Assembly (NCBI RefSeq): GCF_036365525.1
Contig: NC_090413.1
Span: 26,226,142-26,290,141 of the forward strand
Reading direction: 5' to 3'
DNA from: Heterodontus francisci
Taxonomy: Eukaryota
DNA length: 64,000 nt
Shown here: one piece after another, positions 1 to 11,620 of the stretch
Layout of the letters: each line of letters starts with the position of its first letter
How positions within the stretch are numbered: the stretch's first letter is position 1
Translations under genes and position numbers: made by a program
The notes under the pieces: generated by a model
What the model saw: the letters and a program-made list of their open reading frames with translations, nothing else
Told to the model about the DNA's origin: nothing
The model's database searches: none

Positions 1-489
1 GGTATCACAATTGACCTCAATTATTCACCATCTAGAAAGACCCTGGTTGTTCCTTTGTGCGACATTAAGGACATGAGGAGGCCATTCAGTCCCTTGAGTC
101 TGCTCTGCCATTCAATTAGACCAGGGCTGATATGTATCTTATCTCCATTTTCTGGCCTATGCTCCTTATCCCTTGCTAGCCTATTGAGCTTAGTCTTGAA
201 TGCTCCAATTGTTCCCTGAACATCCATAGCCTCTCGGGTGAAGAGAGTAAAGGTCAGAAATTCCAACATCAGGATGAGAATCCAAGGGTTACACTCTGTT
301 GTCTGATAGACATTCCTCTCTCATTTCTAGCCTCAAAGCTCTCCCTCTCCCTCTCCCTCTCTCTCTTGCAATCTATCGTGCTCCCTTATCTTATTCCTTC
401 TTTACTACGATCATTGCTTATCTCAATGTTTATCTCTTGACATTACTAAGCTCCAAATATGCTGTCTTGTGCATACTTCACCTTTTTTA

Positions 490-1040
490 TTTATTTTATT
501 TATTCATTTTTGGATATGAGCGTCTCTGGCATTTATTGCCCATTCCTAATTGCCGTTGAGAAGGTAGTGGTGAGCCACCTTCTTGAAACTGCTGAGGTCC
601 ATGTGGTGTAGATACGCCCACAGTGCTGTTAGGGAGAGTATACCATTATTTTAACACAATGACAGTGAAGGAACGGTGATATATTTCCAAGTCAGCTTGG
701 TGGCATTCCCATGCATCTACTGCCCTTTCCTTTGAGGTGATGGAGGTTGCGGGTTTGGAAGGTGCTGTCAAAGGAGCCTTAGCGAGTTGCTGCAGTGCAT
801 CTAATAGATGGTACACACTGCTGCCAATGTGTGTCAGTGGTGGTGGAAGTGAATGTTGAAAGTGGTGGATGGGGTGCCAATCAAGCGGGCTGCTTTGTCC
901 TGGATGGCATCGAGCTTCTTGAGTGTTGTTGGAGCTGCACCCATCCAGGCAAGTGGAGAGTATTCCATCACACTCCTGATTTGTGCGTTGTCAGGCTTTG
1001 GGGAGTCAGGAGGTGAGTTAATGTCTGCAGAATTCCCACT
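490..1040 (-). mobile_element. LINE family B (CR1-clade), 3' fragment
   Basis: Same 3' sequence (atttattgcccattcctaattgcc...gaaggtagtggtgagc) as the longer RT-encoding copies at 26.8-28.8, 40-40.9 and 50.6-53 kb. Confidence 0.85.
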
Positions 1041-1261
1041 GAACTTCCTCGTTCTCTACACTCTCACAGTTGAAACAAGACTTGGTGCATTTACACTCTA
1101 ACCAATTCTTTCCCTGGACCTTCAAACTGTGGAGTTCCTCACATCCCTCGGTTTTCCCTCCTTCTAAAATCTACAGGCTTTTAAAACCAACCTAGGTGCC
1201 AACTAACCACTATCCCTCAATTTACCTCACCTGTCCTCCTGTGCTTTTCAAACTTGTTGGT

Positions 1262-1553
1262 GCCCTGAGTACTGAGGGAGTGCTGCACGGTTGGAGGCAG
1301 TGGACGTAAAAGATCCAATGGCACTACTTCGAAGAAAAGCAGGGAAATTACTCCCGAGGCCTGGGCAAAATTCCTTCTCTAACCAATACCACCAAAAACC
1401 AAAAATCATTATCACATTGATGTTTGTGGGATCTTGCATATGCAAATTGGCTGCCTCGTTTCCGAGATTACAACAATGACTTCAAGAGTGGCTGTAAAGC
1501 ACTTTGGGACATCCCAAGGTTGTGAAAGGTGCTATAGAAATGCAAGTTCCTTC
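1262..1553 (+). mobile_element. Deu-domain-type SINE (SacSINE1-like), 5'-truncated
   Basis: gtactgagggagtgctgcac body and gaaaggtgctatagaaatgcaagt tail, shared with many copies in the window. Confidence 0.75.
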
Positions 1554-2012
1554 TTAGCCTGTCACCTAGCATTTCAAGAAAAAATAAGCTGTCCCTGATT
1601 ATGCATAGCTCCTGTTTTTCACCTCCTAGTGACAGGTTCAAAATCAAGGTTGGTGGGAGGAATGAATGTTAAAAATGGACTCTCCAATGCTTATTGTAAA
1701 CTCAAGCTACCTCCAACACCCTCTCTGCTGTTATAGAAATGGATTGAATATATTAGCTTTGAGTTTCCTCAGGTGTTCTCCCAATTGGCTGTCGTAACTT
1801 TGGGGGAAACTCTGTTTATGTTGATCTTCCTCCGAAGTTGCACCAATGGGTTGGGAGAAATCCCTACCAACATCACCCCCACGCCCCCTCCCATCTCACC
1901 AAGGAAATTCACCCCCATTATGTCAACATCCAGCATCAGTGTTGGCCACAAACACCCAAAAAACACCTGATATCAACACAAGACCATTTATATGTATGAT
2001 GCAGATAGGTAC

Positions 2013-2526
2013 CTTGGTGGGAATGGTCCATCGCTGGCTCCTGGAAGGAACGTTTCCCAGACAGTCGATTAGAAAATGAAGTCAGTAATCTCCGGATCTT
2101 CTCGGCTGAGTCTGACTTCACCTTTCTCAGAGTACCAGGATACCTTGTGGATTGGGATGGCTCAGATTGAGTGCGCTGGTAGTTTGATTTCTTGGACAGG
2201 TGGTCCTTCTTGCTCCGCACGGCCTGGCCTTCACCATGGTCCTGGTCTGCGCCCTCCCTGTCAGCTGCACTTCTCATCCCCTCGTGCTTCGGGGATCTCT
2301 CCCCCCGAATCTCCTGCAGGGCAGCCTCAGCACCTCCAGCAGCCTCCTTCGGGCCCCCTTCCTCTGCGACCTCTCTCTCTGAAGCTGCCTGCTCCTCTTC
2401 CTCCCCACTCCTCCTAGTGTTCAGCTTAGAGCCCGTGAACCACTTGTAAGCCCGCAACGGGTTGTCCCCAGGCTGCTTCTCAGCAGGATCTGCCACAGCA
2501 GAGGCTGAATTCTCCTCCACGTCCAT
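2013..2526 (-). CDS. RASAL3: First coding exon of probable Ras GTPase-activating-like protein 3; gene continues beyond the left window edge
   Basis: ATG at 2526 (MDVEENSASAVADPAEKQPGDNPLRAYKWFTG...), open to a CAAG|GTACC donor at 2012. PLRAYKWFTG resembles the recalled RASAL3 N-terminal PLTSYRWHTG motif. It lies directly downstream of PGLYRP2 on the same strand, as RASAL3 does in human. No RasGAP domain in the window, so the call rests on this motif plus synteny. Confidence 0.7.
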
Positions 2527-3169
2527 CGCTAAGTGGGCAGATGAAGATAGTGATAGTATCTGGTAATCCTTCGGTCGAAAGAAACGTATCACGTGTCACT
2601 CGGCCCCCCGCTGAAATTTCAGCTCAGTGATACGTGCTTGATTTTCTTTTGTGTGTGTGTGGGTGTTTTTTTTTTAGGTGTTGTTATGGTACATCTGTTG
2701 AAAAGGAAGCAGAGGAGGGCACTACAGCACAATGACCGCCAATCACACTTAGTGACGCTAAAGGAGACTGCAAACCACAAGATCAGATGGAAGGAGATTA
2801 GGAAGATCATTTTCTTTCAAAAAATGCAACATCTGCCCTCCCCTCAAAAGGAAGACAGAGCAGTAAGGGCGGAATTCCTCAAGCAACAGGAACAATCTGA
2901 TGCAATTTGCGTCAACTTTTCTTGCTGAGATGTCACTTGAGCAAAAATGGCTTCTTTCATTTGTTTGGAGCTTCAGGGAGAGATTTTCTTACAGCAGCTT
3001 TGAGAGAAGCCTCAGTTCAGCAGATCCCTTCAACTGTATGTTTGTTCCTCACCTGGTAATGGACCTTCACTGTTCAAAAAGCCTCGGAAATAAATCTTTC
3101 ATCCAGCGGGTAGCCGAAAAAATAAAAGGTACTGTGTGCATTTCAGTTCAGCATCTTCCTCTGTGCAGT

Positions 3170-3750
3170 GTCTTACTATGCCTGGTAACACCTGTACCTC
3201 ATCCATGCCTTTATTGTTTCTACACTCAACTATTCCAATGTTCCCCTTGGGCTGCATCCCACCTTCCACACTCTGTAAACTTCAGCTCGTTCAAAACTCT
3301 GCTGCTCCTGTACCCTAACTTGCACCAAGTCCTGTTCGCCCATCACCCCTGTGATCGCTGACCTACTGTCTCCTGGTCCAGCAACGCTTTGATTTAAAAA
3401 TTCTCATCCTTGTTTTCAAATCCCTCCATGGCCTCTCCTCCTCCCTATCTCTGTAACCTCCTCCAGCCCCACAACCCTCCAAAATCTCTGTGCTCCTCCA
3501 ATTCTGGGCTCTTGCGCATCCCCGATTTCATTGCTCCGCCATTGGCAGCCGTGTCTTCAGCTGCCGAGGCACTAAGCTTTGGAATTCCCTCCCTAAACCT
3601 CTCCACCCTCTGTCACTCTCCTCCTTTAAGAAGCTTCTTAAAACCTACCTCTTTGACCAAGCTTTTGTCACCTGTAACCTAATATGGCTCATTGTCAAAC
3701 TTTGATAACACTTATGTGAAGCACCTTGGGACATTTTACTACATTAAAGA
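3170..3750 (+). mobile_element. L2-clade LINE 3' relic
   Basis: KLQLVQNSAA and FSCRGTKLWNSLP...FKKLLKTYLFDQAF are typical of the L2 ORF2 C-terminus. Related pieces at about 16750-17100, 18240-18450, 22515-22660, 31130-31340, 41985-42190 and 50100-50410. Confidence 0.8.
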
Positions 3751-4221
3751 TAATCAGAAAAAGCACTAATATTAGAGACGTGAAACAAGCTAATCTGTTG
3801 GTTAGAGATTGGTGAATTTCCGCCTTACTAAGAGGCTGCCGAGCACCTGTTCAACATGGTAGAGGAAGTGGTTTGTGCTTTAATAAGACTGAGAGAGGCT
3901 GGGAGACATGACCTTTCCTAGTATTCCGCCAAGTCAAGAATAGGTTAAGGTACAAATAGTGACTGAAGGGAGGACAGAATCTACTCTAAAATCATAATGC
4001 AGGAAATATGCATTTAAAAGAAATATATAAATAATTCATCCTGCAAATCAGGAAGTCTAAATACATATAGAACACGTTAATCCTCACCACACAGAGAATT
4101 TAATAAATCCTGGCTTCAGTGGTGTGTAGATTACAGGGTACAACACTGGAACAGGAAGAGACCGATGTAGCACCATTCAATTAGATTATGACTGATCTGT
4201 ATCGAACTCTATCTACCTGCC

Positions 4222-4965
4222 TTGGGGAATTGATAGTGGATAATAAGGAGATGGCAGATGAATTGAACAGATACTTTGCATCGGTCTTCACTATTGAGGA
4301 TACAAGTGACATCCCAGTATTAGCTGTAAGTCAGGAAATGGGAGGGAGGAACTCAAGAAAATTACAATCACCAGAGAAGTGGAACTGAACAAATTGTTGG
4401 AGCTGCGGGCTGACAGGTCCCTGGGTCCTGATGGACTTCATCCTAGGATCTTAAAAGAAGTGGCTGGTATGATAGTTGATGCGGTAGTTTTAATTTTCCA
4501 AAATTCCCTACATTCGGGGAATGGGTGGCCTGTCTTACGAGGAAAGATTGGAAAGGCTAGGCTTGATTCTGCTGGAATGACTTGATTGAAACATATAAGA
4601 TCCTGAGGGGTCTTGACAGGGTGGATGTGGAAAGGATGTTTCCCCTTGTGGGAGAATCTAGAACTAAGGGTCACTGTTTAAAAATAAGGGGTCGCCCATT
4701 TAAGACAGAGATGAGGAGCAATTCTTTCTCTGAGAGGGTGGTGAGTCTTTGGAATTCTCTTCCTCAAAAGGCGGTGGAAGCAGAGTCTCTGAATATTTTT
4801 AAGGCAGAGGTAGATAGATTCTTGATAAGCAAGGGGGTGGAAGGTTATCGGGGGTAGGTGGGAATGTGGAGTAATCAGTTCAGCCATGGACTTATTGAAT
4901 GGTGGAGCAGGCTCGAGGGGCCGAGTGGCCTACTCCTGCTCCTAATTGGTCTGGTCATATGTTCT
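4222..4965 (+). mobile_element. CR1 LINE fragment with large internal deletion, inserted into an older antisense CR1 tail
   Basis: GPDGLHPRILKE is joined directly to C-terminal TYKILRG...VVSLWNSLP. Flanks 4145-4220 and 4965-5035 read as two halves of an antisense CR1 3' end. Confidence 0.8.
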
Positions 4966-5196
4966 ATAACCCTTAATATCATTGCCTAACAAAAATCTTT
5001 CAATCTCATTTTTGAAATTTTCAACTGACCCAGCACAGGCACGAGGGGAAGAATGGCCTCTTTCTATGTTAAGTGATATGTTGGTATAATTTCATTTGGT
5101 AAATACTGTATAGATGGTAATTCTAAATTTAATAATCGCAAACAAATACTAAAAAGAGTGAGTAAATTAGACAAACTGCACATTAAAATTAATGAG

Positions 5197-5202
5197 TTTA
5201 TT
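5197..5202 (-). terminator. Putative polyadenylation signal (AATAAA) of PGLYRP2
   Basis: tttatt on the + strand about 80 nt downstream of the predicted stop codon. Confidence 0.55.
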
Positions 5203-5279
5203 GGTAACCCAGTAGCCATGACTGTGTCAGTGTAGCTCCCCTTTTGTTTGTGGGATGGTCTCCATGTTTGATAATCTCT

Positions 5280-5348
5280 CTACGGGTTGTTCTTCAGTGA
5301 CTGCGACCCATCAGTGCTCACAGTGGTTCCATTGGCTTGTTCAACCTC
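5280..5348 (-). CDS. PGLYRP2: PGLYRP2 coding exon 5 (terminal; EVEQANGTTVSTDGSQSLKNNP*)
   Basis: Acceptor tatctcccatatcag| before 5348, phase 0 matching the exon-4 donor, TAG at 5282-5280, AATAAA at 5202-5197 downstream. The peptide itself is not recognisably conserved. Confidence 0.65.
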   Translation of the reverse strand, partial: EVEQANGTTVSTDGSQSLKNNP

Positions 5349-5714
5349 CTGATATGGGAGATACAGATCAAAGGGTTGGAATTATGTTTTCTTGTATTCT
5401 GTCCTCACAATGAGTCTCAGCTCAACCTTGGAAAAGTGCCCCCTGCGGCAGCTGTATGGCATCTCTCCATTTGCCACACCAGTCAACTCACGGCCTCTCC
5501 AGTTGGCAATTGGTTTTGAGGAACCAGCAGCTGGGTTGAGATTGCTCAGATTCATTTCGTATAGGATCCTTCCAGCCAATAGACAGAAGGGAATCATGGG
5601 CCTCGGTGGGATTTCAGGCCAGAGGTAAAACCGGTGCCATTCACTCCCTGTATCCTTATCCTCACATCAAGAAACATAAAGGTAGAATCTCCTGTAGCAG
5701 TCATTCAACATAAT

Positions 5715-6320
5715 GGGCTGAATTTCACCGACCCGTTGACGCCGCGGGTCGTGGCGTGGGGGCCGGTAAAATGCTGCGAGGAGAGGCCCGCCTTGACCCA
5801 CGACGTTGAGAAGGGCCCGCCGCATATTATCAGCAGAGGGGGGACCTCGGTGCGCAACCCCCCCTCCCACACCGCCTGACGGTGGGGCCCTTCATCTCCA
5901 TATGCAGATCGGCACTAAATATATGCAAAATGACTTACTCCGCACAGAGTTCCGAGGCCAGAACCTGGTGGGGAGGAGGGAGTAATAAAAACTACAGGGT
6001 GGGAGGGGTGGGGAAGTGGTAAAAACAAATGTAATTAGTTGTGTGAATGGTGGGAAGGGGTTAGAGGCCAAATGTTAGAAGGCTGGAGGAGAAAGTTCAG
6101 GTATTTGAGAAATCAATGGATGGGCATTTCAGGCAATGAGATGCCGGGAACGCGGAGGCCGCCCCTACACGTCAACGGGGGTGGGTCCTCCGCCCCCACT
6201 GTTTAGATGAGTCCCCCCACGAAATATCACGGGGGCTCCTCGGCGGCTGCTGAATGCAGGCACCCCGCTGAGCTCAAACGGCGCAGCCAGGCAGCCCCGC
6301 GCCCGAGTACAATTCAGCCC
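5715..6320. mobile_element. CpG-rich non-autonomous DNA transposon (PIF/Harbinger-like MITE)
   Basis: Terminal inverted repeats GGGCTGAATT (5715) / AATTCAGCCC (6320), flanks aat/aac (possible 3-bp TSD), GC-rich subterminal regions, no coding capacity. Confidence 0.55.
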
Positions 6321-6813
6321 AACGTCTATTGGAGACTCAATCCAGTTGCTGTGACAGAGAAACCTTTTGGGATTCGCCACTCGACTGAGGTCTGAGATGA
6401 TGGGCAGGACAGGAAAATTTGAGGCTGACCCACAAAAATGAAAGATTGAACCTGCCTTCAATTGAATGCAGCTTGCAAGCACCAATACTGATGTTGCTCA
6501 TTTCCTGACATTGATAGAGTTAAACCCTGCCTGGCATTTGAAGGATGCCATTCAATGCAGGATTGGGGTAGAAGGTAGTTAAAAATGCAAAAAAAAAACT
6601 TGATTGGCTGAGCCACAAGATACAACATGTGGGGAGATGCTGGAGGTCATTTGGGTTCTTGTGAAAAGGAGGAGGAACTGGAGTCGGGCACTCAGCACTT
6701 GTGTCACATTCCTTAATGTGTTAGTTTAATAAACTCTTTAACATGAATAGGTTAATAAGGTCACTTGGTTTGATGCCAAATCCCAGAGATCACCCAATGG
6801 GAAACACTATTAC

Positions 6814-7108
6814 CTTAAAGGCCTCCCAGGTCTTGATTTCATTGAAGAACATTTCCCCTGGACACGAGGTTGGTCTGTGTTGCCGATGCCCCTGGACGGC
6901 GTAATCACTGACTATTCTCTTGTGAATCACAGCACACTTCATGAAATTTTCTTTCACTAGTTCCATTGCAGCCTGGTCTGGGAGTTCCGAGGTGTAGTTA
7001 CCGATAAAACTCACTCCGTATCCATTGGAGTTTTGCCCTTTGGTGTGGGCTCCTCTCCAGAGCCATCCGCGACCTTCGTAAATGTATCCGTCGGAGCCTG
7101 CTACAAAG
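6814..7108 (-). CDS. PGLYRP2: PGLYRP2 coding exon 4 (amidase domain C-terminal half)
   Basis: ctgtag| acceptor, TTTAAG|gtaata donor; FVAGSDGYIYEGRGWLWRGAHTKG...GVSFIGNY...GHRQHRPTSCPGEMFF is a classic PGRP amidase sequence. Confidence 0.95.
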
Positions 7109-7154
7109 CTACAGAGACCGTTCCAGAAATTAGCACAGCAAATAATAAGCTCAC

Positions 7155-7387
7155 TGGGTAGCGCTCTCTCCTCTAAATCAGGAGTTGTGGGTTTAAGTCC
7201 CACTCCAGAAACCTGAGCACAAAATCCTAGTGCAGTATTGAGGGAAGGCTGCACTGTCAGAGGTGCTGTTTTTCAGAAGAGATGTTAAACTGAGGCATGG
7301 GCATGAAAGATTCCATAATGTTATTTTGAACAAGAACTAGAATTCTCCTGACATCCAGGCCAAATTTATCCCTCAACCAACATCACT
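7155..7387 (+). mobile_element. Deu-domain-type SINE 5' part (continues at about 9278-9330 after a CR1 insertion)
   Basis: ...ccctcaaccaacatcact | aaaacagatgatcttgtcattatcacatt is contiguous in the uninterrupted copies at 15826-15850 and 44700-44745. Confidence 0.8.
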
Positions 7388-9277
7388 GGATGTCAAGGGA
7401 TATAGAGGATTGGATAAGGAAAAAAAAAGGAGGCTTATGGCAGGTTCTGGGGGCTGAAAACAGCGGAGGCTACAGAGGAGTATAGAAAGTGTGGGGGGGG
7501 GGATACTTAAAAAAGTAATTAGGAGAGCGAAGAGGGGGCGTGAAAAAACACTGGCGGACAAGATAAAGGAAAATCCCAAGGCGTTTCATAAGCATATTAA
7601 GGGCAAGAGGATAACCAGGGAAAGAGTAGGGCCCATTAGGGAGCAAAGTGGCAATCTGTGTGTGAAGCCGGAGGACGTAGGTGAGGTTTTAAATGATTAC
7701 TTTTCATTTGTGTTCACTATGGAGAAGGATGATGTAGGTGTAGAGATCAGGGAGGGGGATTGTGATATACTTGAACAAATTAGCATTGAAAGGGAGGAGG
7801 TATTAATGATTTTAGCGGGCTTAAAAGTGGATAAATCCCCTGGCCCAGGTGAGGTGTATCCCTGTCTGTTATGTGAGGCAAGGGAGGAGATTGCAGGGGC
7901 TCAGACACAAATTTTCAATCACAGGAGAGGTGCCAGAGGACTGGAGGACAGCGAATGTGGTACCATTGTTCAAGAAGGGTAGTGGGGATAAACCATGTAA
8001 TTACAGGCCAGTGAGTCTAACATCAGTGGTAGGGAAACTATTGGAAAAAATTCTGAAGGGTAGTCAGCATGGCTTTGTCAGGGGGAGATCATGTCGAACA
8101 AATTTGATTGAATTTTTCGAGGAGGTGACTAGGTGGGTAGATGAGGGTAAAGCGGTTGATGTAGTCTACATGGACTTCAGTAAGGCTTTTGATAAGGTGC
8201 CACATGGGAGATTGGTTAAGAAGGTAAGAGCCCTTGGGATCCAGGGCAATTTGGCAAATTGGATCCAAAATTGGCTTAGTGGCAGGAGGCAGAGGGTGAT
8301 GGTCGAGGGTTGTTTTTGCAATTGGAAGCCTGTGGTGGAAGATTGGTGCTGGGACCCTTGCCGTTTGTAGTGTACATTAATGATTTAGACGTGAATATAG
8401 GAGGTATGATCAGTAAGTTCGCAGATGACACGAAAATTGGTGGTGTCGTAAATAGTGAGGAGGAAAGCCTTAGATTACAGGACAATATAGATGGGCTGGT
8501 AAGATGGGCGGAGCAGTGGCAAATGGAATTTAATCCTGAGAAGTGTGAGGCGATGCATTTTGGGAGGACTAACAAGGCAAAGGAATATACAATGGATGGT
8601 AGGACCCTAGGAAATACCTTGGTGTACTTGTCCATTGATCACTGAAGGCAGCCGCACAGGTAGATAAGGTGGTTAGGATGGCATATGGGATACTTGCCTT
8701 TATTAGCTGAGCCATAGAATATATAAGCAGGGAGGTTATGATGGAGGTGGACTATAGGAAGGATGTAATTGCACTGGAGAGGGTGCAGAGGAGATTCACC
8801 ATGATGTTGCCTGGGCTGGAGCATTTCAGCTATGAAGAGAGACTGGATAGGCTAGGGTTGTTTTCCTTAGAGCAGAGAAGGCTGAGGGGGGACCTGTTTG
8901 AGGTATATAAAATTATGCGGGGCATAGAAAGGGTAGATAGGAAGAAACTTTTTCCCTTAGCGGGGGGGGAGGGGGGGGGGGGTCAATAACCAGGGGGCAT
9001 AGATTTAAGGTAAGGGCAGGTGGTTTAGAGGGGATTTGAGGGAAAAAAATTTCACCCAGAGGGTGGTTGGAATCTGGAACACACTGCCTGAAAGGGCGGT
9101 AGAGGCAGGAACCCTCAAAACATTTAAGAAGTATTTAGAAGGGCACTTGAAATGCCGTAGCATACAAGGCTACGGGCCAAGTGCTGGAAAATGGGATTAG
9201 AATAGATAGGTGCTTGATGGCCGGCATGGACACGATGGGCCAAAGGGCCTGTTTCTGTGCTGTATAGCTCTATGACT
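7388..9277 (+). mobile_element. CR1 LINE family A, 5'-truncated, degenerate RT ORF2
   Basis: PEDWRTANVVPLFKKG, NYRPVSLTS, DFSKAFDKV, KFADDTK; 3' tail gggcctgtttctgtgctgtatagctctatgact; frameshifts and deletions. Confidence 0.95.
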
Positions 9278-10834
9278 AAAACAGATGATCTTGTCATTAT
9301 CACATTACAACAGTAACTAGGCTTCAAATATACTTAAATTTGAGTAATTTCCTGTAGGGGTTTTGATGACACACTTTCAGTTTTCTCCAGGGTATTGCAT
9401 ATTAATCACAGCTTTAATGTTTCCGTGTGAAGTCCCTTGTATTAACAAATCACTTTCTTTTTTTATCCTTTGTGGATGGGGACACAGCCCAGCCTTTTCC
9501 CCCCCAAACCCTGCAAATTATTTTCTTCAAGTACATGTCCAGTTGCCTTTTAAGAGTTTCCTATGAAATCTGATCCCACCTCCTTTTCTAGTCGTGTGAT
9601 CCAGATCTTAACAAAACCTCTGTGTGGAAACATTTCCCTTTATTCCCTGTCTAGTTGTTGTGCCAATTATTTTACATCTGTAACATCTGGTTAGCAACCC
9701 ACTAGAGGAATCAGTTTCTCCCTACTTGCTCTATCAAAGCCCCTTTGAATTTTAAACACCTTTATTGCGTCTCACCATAACCTTCTCTGCTCTAGGGAGA
9801 ACAATCCCAGCTTCTCCAAATAATTGAACTCCCTCATCCATGGCATCAGCCTGGTAAACCTCCTCTGCACCATCTCTAAGGTGTCCTTCTTCAAGGATGG
9901 TGCCCAGAATTGCACAGATTTGTAAAGGTTTTCCATACTATGAAAAGATATAGAGGCACTGAAGAAGGTACAAAGATTTACTCGAATATTGCTGGACTGA
10001 GAGGTGATAGCTATCAGGAAAGATTGAACAGATTTCTCTGGAAGACAGAAGATTGAGTTGGGGGGGCGGGGCGGTGACCCTGATAGAGGTCTTGTGTTAA
10101 GGTTTGTCTTCCTTGTCTTATATTCAATGCCAAGATTTACAAAGCCAATTATCTAACACATTTTCTTGACCATCTTATCAACGTCCCCTGCCACTGTGAA
10201 GAATTTGTGAATGTGCACCCCATATACTAGGGGAATCCATGCGGACTGGGAAAGGGACATGGGGGGTTGCAGGTGGGCCATTTAACTCCTTGCCTTGCTG
10301 AACCCAAGTTTAAGTATTAATGGCAATCAATAGCTCTGATTCTGGGAGCTTATCCTTGTGGTGAGAGTGGGTGACACTGGGCAGGGAAACATCAGCTGCT
10401 GCTCCTCTTCAAATGGATAATGGAGAACAGTCCAGTTTCCATCTCCTGCATTGTCAACCCTTTCATTTTGTATCTGTGCCCCGCACCCACCCACCCCTAA
10501 CCGCCCACCACCCACCTCCCCCCCCGACCGTTTCCTCTCCCACTTCCCCCTCACTAGCCGCCTCCTTAGAAACCAGGAGCATCAAAGTTTTTAAAATGGG
10601 ATTTATGTTTTGAAAGGTACTTGTGCCAAATATAATAGATAATTGATACATAAGGGAAAGTAGGTAAATACATGACGGAGAAAGGAATAACAGGACATGC
10701 CGATAGGGTGAGATGAAGAGGGGTGAGAGGAGGCTCGTGTGGAGCAGAAACGCTGGTCGGGCCGAAGTGGCCTGTTTCTGCGCTGTACATTCTGTGTAAC
10801 TCCTCAGTACCTAATGTGAGGCTGGGCTCCTTAC

Positions 10835-11045
10835 TTGTAACCAATGTCATCCCATTGTCGCTCCTCCTGATGAAAACGTTGCATGCTCCTCATGTCTGCC
10901 GCACAGTCCTGAAAACTGGTGCAGGGTCGGCTTGGCTCATATGTATGGTGGATGTAAACAAAGCCTAGGGGCAGTGACAGGTTCACTGGAGAGCCTTTGT
11001 AGGGTTTGGCAGCCCACATACAGCGAGGAATGATGGCAGGGCATT
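10835..11045 (-). CDS. PGLYRP2: PGLYRP2 coding exon 3 (amidase domain N-terminal half)
   Basis: tttttgcag| acceptor, TACAA|gtaagg donor; CPAIIPRCMWAAKPY...FVYIHHTYEPSRPC...MRSMQRFHQEERQWDDIGY. Confidence 0.95.
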
Positions 11046-11114
11046 CTGCAAAAAACAGTGAGTATACACTGAAACTACATATCAAAACAAAAGGCACAGA
11101 CAACATCGAAAAAA

Positions 11115-11579
11115 CGAGAGACTTGCATTTATCTTATGCTTTTCATAAGCTCAGGTCACATAGTGTTTCACAGTCAATGAAGCACTTTTGAAGTGTAGTC
11201 ACTGTTGCAATGTAGGAAACGCGACAGCCAATTTGTGCACAGCAAGATCCCACAAACACCAATGTGATCATGATTGGATAATCTGGTTTACTGATGTTGG
11301 TTGAGGACTAAATATTAGCCAGGACACCAGGGAGAGCTGCCCTGCGCTTCTTCCAAATAGCACTTTAAGATTTGTTACATTTACCTAAGAAAGCAGACTA
11401 GGCTTCAGTTTAACGTCTCATGCTAAGGATGACACCTTTGACAGTGCAGCACTCCCTCAGTACAGCGCTGGAATGTCGGATGACACCTTTGACAGTGCAG
11501 CACTCCCTCAGTACTGGATTGTCAGCCTAGAGTTTTGTGCTCATGTCTCTGGAGCAAGGCTTGAATCGATAACCTTCTA

Positions 11580-11610
<31 letters not shown>

Positions 11611-11620
11611 GTGGTTGACA
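11115..11620 (-). mobile_element. Deu-domain-type tRNA-derived SINE, near full length, with internal duplication
   Basis: Reverse complement of the head (ggctcagtgggtagcactcttgcctctgag) and tail (taaatgcaagtct). Confidence 0.8.

Noticed and set aside
1560-2010. Second RASAL3 coding exon within the window
   Set aside because: No frame gave recognisable RASAL3 sequence with matching splice sites; 1-1560 is mostly TE-derived.
5660-5695. Alternative PGLYRP2 terminal exon (ctgctacag|EILPLCFLM*)
   Set aside because: Weak pyrimidine tract and no nearby poly(A) signal; the 5348 acceptor is better supported.
8276-8635. Recurrent antisense ORFs over CR1 (also 25850-26191, 46509-46856, 61067-61672)
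   Set aside because: Reverse-frame shadows of the RT coding sequence; they recur only because the element is repeated.
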